From assembly GCA_002726235.1 (NCBI GenBank), contig PBSN01000008.1, positions 228,550 to 292,549 on the forward strand: DNA of 64,000 nt, written 5' to 3'. Both the position numbers and the translations under genes were made by a program. The notes under the pieces were generated by a model that saw only the letters and a program-made list of their open reading frames with translations, searched no databases and had not been told where the DNA came from. Shown here piece by piece: positions 57,127 through 64,000 of this stretch. Position 1 is the first letter of the stretch. Each line of letters opens with the position of its first letter. The DNA comes from Nitrospiraceae bacterium. GTDB taxonomy: Bacteria; Nitrospirota; Nitrospiria; Nitrospirales; UBA2166.

Positions 57127-57858
57127 TTAATAAGATGCCAGCGACTGTTTCGTCGTATCAATCGTTGGCGTAGGATCTGATCGATGTTTTATTTGTCTTT
57201 GCTTGATGAGTGCAAGGATTGCATCAACTACTTGTATTGCTGACAGATCAGTTGTATCGATTATCGTCGCGTCAGAGGCAGGACGCAAGGGAGCTGAGTT
57301 ACGGTTTGCATCGCGAGTATCACGCTCCATCAATTCGCTGGCGGCTGTTTCATGTGACACAGCCGCATCGTGGCCTTGTAGTTCCAGAAAACGTCGTTGA
57401 GCTCTGATGGTCGGGGAGGCATCAAGAAAAACCTTGATCTCCGCGTCTGCGAATACATGTGTTCCCATATCGCGGCCTTCCGCGACTATTCCTTTGTCAT
57501 TCCCACAGTGGCGTTGTATGGGTCTTAAGAATGTACGCACAGTTGGAAGTCTTGATATTTCCGAGGCGATAAGGCTTATGTGAGACGTCCACAGTTCGTG
57601 CGTGAGTCGAGTTCCATCAACCACAACAGACTGGTAATCGCCTTGGAGTGAAAGTAGAAAATTTGTCGTTTTGCAGAGAGCAAGGACGGCATCTTCATCA
57701 TCAGTATTCACACCTTGCTTCGATACTTTCCAAGCAACGGCACGATAGAGTGACCCGCTATTCAGGTATGGGGTTCCAAGGTGTTTTGCAAGAGATTTAG
57801 CAAGGGTGCTTTTACCTACGCCTGCCGGTCCGTCAATTGTTATTGTCAGCGCACTCAT
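57127..57858 (-). CDS. cmk: Cytidylate kinase
   Basis: IDGPAGVGKST and EGRDMGT motifs. ATG 57858 overlaps the aroA stop. Confidence 0.96.
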   Translation of the reverse strand: MSALTITIDGPAGVGKSTLAKSLAKHLGTPYLNSGSLYRAVAWKVSKQGVNTDDEDAVLALCKTTNFLLSLQGDYQSVVVDGTRLTHELWTSHISLIASEISRLPTVRTFLRPIQRHCGNDKGIVAEGRDMGTHVFADAEIKVFLDASPTIRAQRRFLELQGHDAAVSHETAASELMERDTRDANRNSAPLRPASDATIIDTTDLSAIQVVDAILALIKQRQIKHRSDPTPTIDTTKQSLASY

Positions 57859-59162
57859 GAAGTCTCGACGTGACATGTAGGTGCAATTTGCCGAAGCTCA
57901 TTGAGAAAACTTGGAAAGGAGGTCTGAATGCAATCAATATTTGTGAGCGTTGTGGCTTCCGAAGCTTTGAGGGCAGCAATGGCCATTGCCATGGCGACAC
58001 GGTGGTCCCCATAGCTTGGACATTCTGCTCCACGTAATTGTGTTCCTCCATGAATTACAAGGCCATCTGGGCGTTCATCCACGTCAACTCCAACACGTCC
58101 GAGTGCTTTGGCCATGGTTGCAATTCGGTCACTTTCTTTCACGCGAAGGTCTTCCATTCCCGTGATACGAGTCTGTCCCTTGGCGAATGCTGCCGCAACA
58201 CACAGGATAGGAAACTCGTCAATTGCCCGTAACATGTCTTTTGGATCAATTTCAGCACCTTCTAGGTGTGATGATTGGATATGAATGTCCCCGATGGGTT
58301 CTCCAGCGTCGTCATGAATGTCTAGGGTTTGTAATGAAGCGCCCATTGTTTTGAGGATATCCAAGAGTCCGATCCGAGTTTGATTCAAGCCGACATTTCG
58401 AATCGTGATACTCGAGTCTGGAAGTATCAATCCCGCAACAATAAAAAAAGCAGCTGACGAAAAATCACCTGGGACAGTAAGGTCTCTTGCCGTGAGAGCA
58501 GATGGATGAAGATGGATCATTGTATCACTTTTACACTCTAGCTGGACTCCAAAATATTGCAGCATGCGTTCTGTGTGATCGCGGGAACGAGCGGGCTCAC
58601 AAAATGTTGTTGGGTGTTCAGCAAGTAACCCGGCGATGAGAATTGCGGACTTGACCTGTGCGCTTGGGATTGGTGAGGTATGGGAAGTTTTCCGCAGACG
58701 CGTTCCTTGGATGGCGAGGGGGGCTAGCTCTCCTCCTTTGCGTCCGTTGATTGTCGCGCCCATCTGCCGCAATGGGGTCACGATTCGGCCCATCGGACGT
58801 TGCCGAAGTGATGCATCTCCGGTTAAGACAGAGAAGAAATCTTGCCCACTAAGTAGCCCGGTGAGTAGGCGCATGCTGGTCCCGGAATTGCCGCAATCGA
58901 GAACGTGTTGCGGCTCTGAAAATCCCCACGAACCCTTTCCGAACACACGCAATTCGGCGTTGCGCTCTTCGATTGAGATCCCTAGTGCTCGAATGGCGCT
59001 GATGGTGCGGAAACAGTCCTCTCCATCACAGTAGCCACGAATGGTGGACGTGCCTTCGGCCATTGCGCCAAAGATCACGGCACGATGAGTAATCGATTTG
59101 TCTCCTGGAATAGGAATTTCCCCATTGATTGGGCCGGAAGGAGTGATACTTAACCGTGTCAT
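57855..59162 (-). CDS. aroA: 3-phosphoshikimate 1-carboxyvinyltransferase
   Basis: PGDKSITHR, CGNSGT, SAQVKS, KESDR and GDHR motifs. Confidence 0.98.
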   Translation of the reverse strand: MTRLSITPSGPINGEIPIPGDKSITHRAVIFGAMAEGTSTIRGYCDGEDCFRTISAIRALGISIEERNAELRVFGKGSWGFSEPQHVLDCGNSGTSMRLLTGLLSGQDFFSVLTGDASLRQRPMGRIVTPLRQMGATINGRKGGELAPLAIQGTRLRKTSHTSPIPSAQVKSAILIAGLLAEHPTTFCEPARSRDHTERMLQYFGVQLECKSDTMIHLHPSALTARDLTVPGDFSSAAFFIVAGLILPDSSITIRNVGLNQTRIGLLDILKTMGASLQTLDIHDDAGEPIGDIHIQSSHLEGAEIDPKDMLRAIDEFPILCVAAAFAKGQTRITGMEDLRVKESDRIATMAKALGRVGVDVDERPDGLVIHGGTQLRGAECPSYGDHRVAMAMAIAALKASEATTLTNIDCIQTSFPSFLNELRQIAPTCHVETS

Positions 59163-60034
59163 CAGCACAGTTGATCCCTAAGGTTTTTCGCTTGAGTGAA
59201 GGTATGTTGTAGGCCGTGCCTGTCACGTTGTCTAACAAGACTTGTTAATTTGCTGATTTCGCCTTGGTAGGTCTCGAGCATCATGACTAGATTTTCCGCA
59301 TTCCGACAACAGATCTCGCTCCACAAGGACGGAGAACTTGAGGCGATACGAGTCATGTCATTCAAACTTGGAGGTAAGAAGGTCGGGGTGTTTGCGGTGG
59401 GGAAGATAGTCTCTTGGATAAGTGCAATGCTATTCAGTGTCGCATACGCGATCATATGTGGGAGATGGCTTACAGCACCAAAAATTTTATCATGTAGAAG
59501 AGGGTCCATCATTGTTACGATTGAGCCAATTGACTCCCAAAATGAACGAATCATGTTGAGTGCGTTTGCGTTGGTTGCTGTGGTTGGTGTCAACACGCAG
59601 TGCTTGCCGTTGAAGAGATCGGCACGGCTTGCCGCGGCACTTGATTTCTCGCTTCCGGCAATTGGATGTGTCCCAACAAAGTAACGATGTGGGGGGAGAA
59701 GTGCATCGATGTTCATAACCATCTGGCCCTTCACGCTACCCACATCACTTAGAATGGCATCTCGTTCGAGAACGTGGATGGTGGAACGAACGATTTCTTC
59801 AAATGTTTCCACTGGTGACGCAAGAATAACCAAAGATGAACCTTTGACTGCACGTGAGAGATTCGTTTGCCCTCGGTCGATGGCGCGTACTGCAAGAGCC
59901 TGCTTGATGGCTCTATCATCCATATCGGTACCGACAACAACATCCACAAGGCCTGTTGATTTTGCTGCAAGGCCTATAGATCCTCCAATGAAACCAGTAC
60001 CAATAATTGTGATTTGAGAAAAATGTGGTCGCAT
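59162..60034 (-). CDS. tyrA: Prephenate/arogenate dehydrogenase
   Basis: GTGFIGGS, DVGSVK, HPIAGSE and SHLPH motifs. Confidence 0.94.
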   Translation of the reverse strand: MRPHFSQITIIGTGFIGGSIGLAAKSTGLVDVVVGTDMDDRAIKQALAVRAIDRGQTNLSRAVKGSSLVILASPVETFEEIVRSTIHVLERDAILSDVGSVKGQMVMNIDALLPPHRYFVGTHPIAGSEKSSAAASRADLFNGKHCVLTPTTATNANALNMIRSFWESIGSIVTMMDPLLHDKIFGAVSHLPHMIAYATLNSIALIQETIFPTANTPTFLPPSLNDMTRIASSSPSLWSEICCRNAENLVMMLETYQGEISKLTSLVRQRDRHGLQHTFTQAKNLRDQLC

Positions 60035-60037
60035 AAA

Positions 60038-61147
60038 TTAGAGGTTGCTACTCGCATTTGATGCAGGGGATGTCTGCATCACGGTGCGAAACGCAGTAAT
60101 AAATCGTTCATTTTCATGGGGGAGTCCTACGGTGATGCGCAACATTGGTCCATCAATATGTCGGACGATGACTCCAAATCGTAGGAGCGCTTCAAAGGCA
60201 ACTTTCCCGTTTTGTTTTGTATTGACGTACACAAAATTGGCTTCCGAGTGAGTAAATGGTAATCCAAGTTGGGTAAATGTATCGTAGAAAAGTGCCTTCC
60301 CGGTAAGATTCATTGCGCGACTGGCATTAATGTGATCATCATCTTGTAATGCAGCCAATGCTGCTCGTTGTGCTAGTGTGTTGGTGTTAAATGGAAGCCG
60401 AATCTTATTCATGGTTTCGATCACGGTGGGTGAAGCAATACCGTACCCAATTCGAAGACCTGCAAGGCCGTAAATTTTAGAAAACGTTCGAAGTACGACA
60501 AGAGGATGTCCTTGCGATTGAAGGCCGATGATATCTGGATAGTCAGGTGTCGTCACATATTCGCCATAAGCTTCATCGACGACTACAAGCACATGTTTGG
60601 GAATCTGGTGCAGGAAGGAGAGAAGTTGTTCACCATTAACTATGGTGCCAGTGGGGTTATTTGGGTTGCAGATAAAAAGCAGCCGTGTTCGTGGGGTGAT
60701 GGCCTTGGCCATAGCTGACAGGTCATAATGACAGTCAGTTAAAGGAACAATGATTGCATTCCCAAATCCAGCGGTTACCGCAGTCTCGTAAATAGAAAAA
60801 GAAGGGGTAGCAATGATTGCATCATCGCCTGGCGCCATGACGGTCTTGACGAGAAGTGCAATAAGTTCGTCTGAGCCATTGCCCAGCATGATACGGTCGG
60901 CAGTAATTCCGTATTTCTGAGCAAGCGAGTGCTTTAATGCAGTTCCGTTACCATCGGGGTATCTGTTAAGAGTGTTGGTCTCATCTCGTAGGACTGATAG
61001 AGCTTTTGGAGATGGTCCCAATGCATTCTCATTGGATGCAAGTTTTGTTGCTTGAGTAATCCCGAACTCCCGCTCAATTTCCTCAGCAAGACGTCCAGGA
61101 ATATATGGGTTGATTGCTGCAATTGTTGGGTGAATTTCAATTGACAT
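60038..61147 (-). CDS. hisC: Histidinol-phosphate aminotransferase
   Basis: KLASNEN, NPNNPTG, DEAY and RTFSKIYGLAGLRIG motifs. ATG 61147 (ORF track 61159). Confidence 0.95.
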   Translation of the reverse strand: MSIEIHPTIAAINPYIPGRLAEEIEREFGITQATKLASNENALGPSPKALSVLRDETNTLNRYPDGNGTALKHSLAQKYGITADRIMLGNGSDELIALLVKTVMAPGDDAIIATPSFSIYETAVTAGFGNAIIVPLTDCHYDLSAMAKAITPRTRLLFICNPNNPTGTIVNGEQLLSFLHQIPKHVLVVVDEAYGEYVTTPDYPDIIGLQSQGHPLVVLRTFSKIYGLAGLRIGYGIASPTVIETMNKIRLPFNTNTLAQRAALAALQDDDHINASRAMNLTGKALFYDTFTQLGLPFTHSEANFVYVNTKQNGKVAFEALLRFGVIVRHIDGPMLRITVGLPHENERFITAFRTVMQTSPASNASSNL

Positions 61148-61182
61148 GTGAAGTGCCAAACGGTTTTGTCGTTGTCTTACTG

Positions 61183-62265
61183 CTACTTCTCATGTTCCTC
61201 CGCAGGATAGGAACCTAGGAGCTTCATGCCAAGCGTTTGAGTCTCCAGTTCATGGATGGTTTTTGTGACGAGTTCATCATCGATGTGCCCCTCAATATCG
61301 ATAAAAAATACATACTCCCATGCTTTTTGCCGAGAGGGACGTGATTCAACTCTTGTTAGGTTGATGCCATGGGTTGCGAATGGTCTTAGAAGATCGCACA
61401 GTCCACCAGGGCGATCTTTTGTGTATATCATGAGTGATGTCTTGCTTTTTCTTGTACGCTCAGGTGCATGGTTCGACAAGACAAGGAAGCGTGTATAGTT
61501 ATTGAGGTGACCTTCTATATGCTTCTCCATGATGTTTAGTCCGTAAATTTTGGCTGCAAGTTCTGATGCAATCGCAGCCGTTGTTGGATCTTCTGCGGCA
61601 AGTTCGGCTGCTCGTCCCGTACTAAACACATCGATGACGGGTGGCCCGGGGATGTTGTCTTCGATCCAGTTTCGGCACTGCGCAATAGCGTGAGGATGGG
61701 AGTAGATTGTCTTAATCTCATCCAAAGTCGTAGCCTTCGAGAGGAAATGGTGGCTGATTTCTTGTGATATCTCGCCGTAAATTGTCGCGGACGATTCAAA
61801 AAACATATCAAGGGTGTGATTGACCACCCCTTCTGTTGAGTTTTCAACTGGAACAATGCCGAAATTGGCTTGACCTCGACAGACTTCCTGAAATACGCCT
61901 TTGATGCTATGTATGGGGATATATTCGGCTGAAGACCCTAATTTTCGTATTCCCGCAAGGTGGGTGAATGTTCCTTTTGGGCCAAGGTATGCAACCTTGA
62001 TTGGGCCTTCAAGGCACAATGAGGCGGACATGATCTCTCGAAAGACGTGACGTATAGCTTCATTTGGATATGGCCCTGGGTTGTTTTTGAATAGGCGCTC
62101 AAAAACCTTTGCCTCACGATTTGCGGTATGAAGATTAACGCCCTCGCCATTGGCCATTTTTATGGCACCGATGGCGATGACCGCCTTGGCGCGATCACCA
62201 AGGAGTCGGAGGATCTGATCGTCAATTCGATCGATGTCTGACCTGTACGATTCAAGAGATGGCAT
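61183..62265 (-). CDS. pheA: Chorismate mutase/prephenate dehydratase (P-protein)
   Basis: N-terminal CM domain; PVENSTEG, NYTRF and ESRPS motifs. Confidence 0.96.
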   Translation of the reverse strand: MPSLESYRSDIDRIDDQILRLLGDRAKAVIAIGAIKMANGEGVNLHTANREAKVFERLFKNNPGPYPNEAIRHVFREIMSASLCLEGPIKVAYLGPKGTFTHLAGIRKLGSSAEYIPIHSIKGVFQEVCRGQANFGIVPVENSTEGVVNHTLDMFFESSATIYGEISQEISHHFLSKATTLDEIKTIYSHPHAIAQCRNWIEDNIPGPPVIDVFSTGRAAELAAEDPTTAAIASELAAKIYGLNIMEKHIEGHLNNYTRFLVLSNHAPERTRKSKTSLMIYTKDRPGGLCDLLRPFATHGINLTRVESRPSRQKAWEYVFFIDIEGHIDDELVTKTIHELETQTLGMKLLGSYPAEEHEK

Positions 62266-62267
62266 GG

Positions 62268-62289
62268 GACGTAATTCAGACGTAATTCA
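62268..62289. repeat. Perfect 11-nt tandem duplication
   Basis: (GACGTAATTCA)x2 just upstream of the pheA start. Confidence 0.85.
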
Positions 62290-62484
62290 ATAGAAATTTC
62301 AATAAGATACGATGGTAACGATACAAGAATCATGACGTGTTTGCAAGGGCTCGCAAAGTCTAAACTTGCTGCCAAAATGGAGAGTAAATGGCCGTTGACT
62401 GATGCGTAGAACTTTGATACCTTTCCTTCCGATAGTGCCCTCTTGTGGGCTGGATTTATAGGCTAATATTCCAAAAGGAGGGGT

Positions 62485-63408
62485 GTGCGCAAAAGTGATT
62501 CTTATGCGGTGGTGATCTTTCATCATCATGCATCTCCGCCACGGCAGTTCTTTGTCAAGAAAAGGACCGTGAAGACTTTTGCTCTTGTCCTGCTCGCCAT
62601 CTTGGGGGGGCAATGGGTTTTCTTTTCTCAGTTTCTTGATCAGCGTCAGAAACTTGATGAACTTGATCGTCTTCGCGTAGAACTTGAGGTGAGTCAAAAA
62701 GAGGCGTTCGCTGCAAATTCTGCAATTGATAAACTAAGATTCCAGCTTGCGGATATGAAAAGTCTTACGACGAAGGTGAGGGAGATGCTGGGTCTCCAAC
62801 AAGACTTTGATGGGGCTGTTTCTGGGCAAGGTGGGGAGGAAAATTTATCAAAACTTTCAGGTAGTGAATTCTCTGATGATCAGCAGTACGCTGGGCTTGA
62901 TGTAATTCGTTCGGATATCCAGCAAGAACTTGCGTGGTTAAGAAGCGATGCCAAAGTTGAGCATCGCGATTTGCAGGCGCTTGTTGAAACGGTTGAAAAT
63001 CGGCGCGCGCGCTGGGAGGCAACTCCTGCGATCTGGCCCGTGAAGGGTTGGGTGACATCGGGTTTTGGTCCACGGATGTCTCCATTCACTGGTCGGCCTG
63101 CGAAGCATCATGGTATTGATATTCGCGCTTCGATTGGAACTCCAGTTGTCGCACCCGCAGCGGGCACCGTTGTTCGTCGTACGCATGATACTGGGTTCGG
63201 GAAAGTGCTCACGGTTAATCATGGTCATGGCGTTTCAACACGGTATGGGCACCTACACACAATGGATGCGACTGTTGGCCAAAGCATTTCGCGAGGAGAT
63301 GTTATCGGAACTGTGGGAAACACTGGACTTTCAACCGGACCACATCTCCATTATGAGGTTCATGTGAACAAAGTTCGCATTGATCCTATGAAATTTATCC
63401 TTGAATAA
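62485..63408 (+). CDS. M23-family metalloendopeptidase
   Basis: TM helix, coiled coil, HHGID, YGH and STGPHLHYEV motifs. Confidence 0.94.
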   Translation: MRKSDSYAVVIFHHHASPPRQFFVKKRTVKTFALVLLAILGGQWVFFSQFLDQRQKLDELDRLRVELEVSQKEAFAANSAIDKLRFQLADMKSLTTKVREMLGLQQDFDGAVSGQGGEENLSKLSGSEFSDDQQYAGLDVIRSDIQQELAWLRSDAKVEHRDLQALVETVENRRARWEATPAIWPVKGWVTSGFGPRMSPFTGRPAKHHGIDIRASIGTPVVAPAAGTVVRRTHDTGFGKVLTVNHGHGVSTRYGHLHTMDATVGQSISRGDVIGTVGNTGLSTGPHLHYEVHVNKVRIDPMKFILE

Positions 63409-63454
63409 TAATATGTTACGATGCAAAACCTAATTGTTCCGGAGAGATATTAAC

Positions 63455-63895
63455 ATGTGGAGCTTTGGGAAGACGTCGGAGGTAGAAGAGTTAGAAAATG
63501 CGGAGCTTCTGACGTTTGTGGGAAGGGGAGCTGAGCTTTCGGGTGATATCAAGGTCGAAGGTTCAGCGCGCGTTGATGGAATGATCGAAGGCTCCGTGCA
63601 TGTTAAAGGTACGCTGATTGTTGGAAAACACGCCGTCATTAAGGGTGATGTTACTACGAAGGCGCTACTTAGCTCTGGAAATATTAGGGGAGATGTAATT
63701 GCTCTGGAGCGTGTGAAACTTTTGTCTCCCTGTGTGTTGACAGGAAGTGTTCAGACACCGCTTTTGTCTGTTGAGGAAGGGGTTCTCATTAGCGGCACAT
63801 GTGATATGGTTTCTCCGTCCAGCGACTGCGAAGACCGGCCTATTGAGGAACTCTTACAGCAACACGAAGATTATCCCGTCGCGGCTAGTCGGTAG
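63455..63895 (+). CDS. Bactofilin (polymer-forming cytoskeletal protein)
   Basis: TFVGRG..GDI..RVDG..EG beta-helix repeats; usual pairing with M23. ATG 63455. Confidence 0.9.
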   Translation: MWSFGKTSEVEELENAELLTFVGRGAELSGDIKVEGSARVDGMIEGSVHVKGTLIVGKHAVIKGDVTTKALLSSGNIRGDVIALERVKLLSPCVLTGSVQTPLLSVEEGVLISGTCDMVSPSSDCEDRPIEELLQQHEDYPVAASR

Positions 63896-64000
63896 TCCTA
63901 GCCAACTTTAGCTCTCCGGCTCTCTACATTCCTACTTCTCGTCGTAACGGTTCTACCATGTTTGTGTCTTCCCACGTGAAGCCCGGTTCATTGCGACCAA

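Overview
64 kb of bacterial chromosome (roughly 50% GC by eye, with a few ambiguous N bases suggesting a MAG/SAG consensus). Gene content suggests Nitrospirota (inference, mainly from the CydB-less bd-like oxidase/cytochrome c cluster). Housekeeping blocks are rny-ymdB-xseAB-tlyA-epimerase-cutA, secA, acs, tRNA-fMet, tldD/tldE, amtB, mtnBDC, aat, purU, mobA, pheA-hisC-tyrA-aroA-cmk-rpsA-sppA-ihfB, and an M23 peptidase with a bactofilin. The main candidate for a new system is a co-oriented 15 kb block of eight exported proteins between secA and acs (13473-28783). It holds a 1718-aa MnxG-type multicopper oxidase with a complete, permuted copper-ligand set; a fusion of metal-binding, CusF-like, cytochrome c and periplasmic ligand-binding domains; a YVTN beta-propeller; a Cyc2-like monoheme cytochrome-porin; SmbP; a NosD-like beta-helix; a lamin-tail lipoprotein; and an acidic secreted protein. 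Together these look like an extracytoplasmic metal (Mn/Fe) oxidation and electron-transfer module, but the substrate is inferred, not shown. A second energy module (45474-53695) is a bd-like oxidase with three c-type cytochromes and two unannotated 40/49-aa membrane ORFs. Read directly from the sequence were also two genes that appear to need non-canonical starts (ATT, ATA), a 21-aa ORF between tldD and tldE, and a multiply frameshifted SirB1-like pseudogene. No CRISPR array, rRNA, transposase or integrase was seen.
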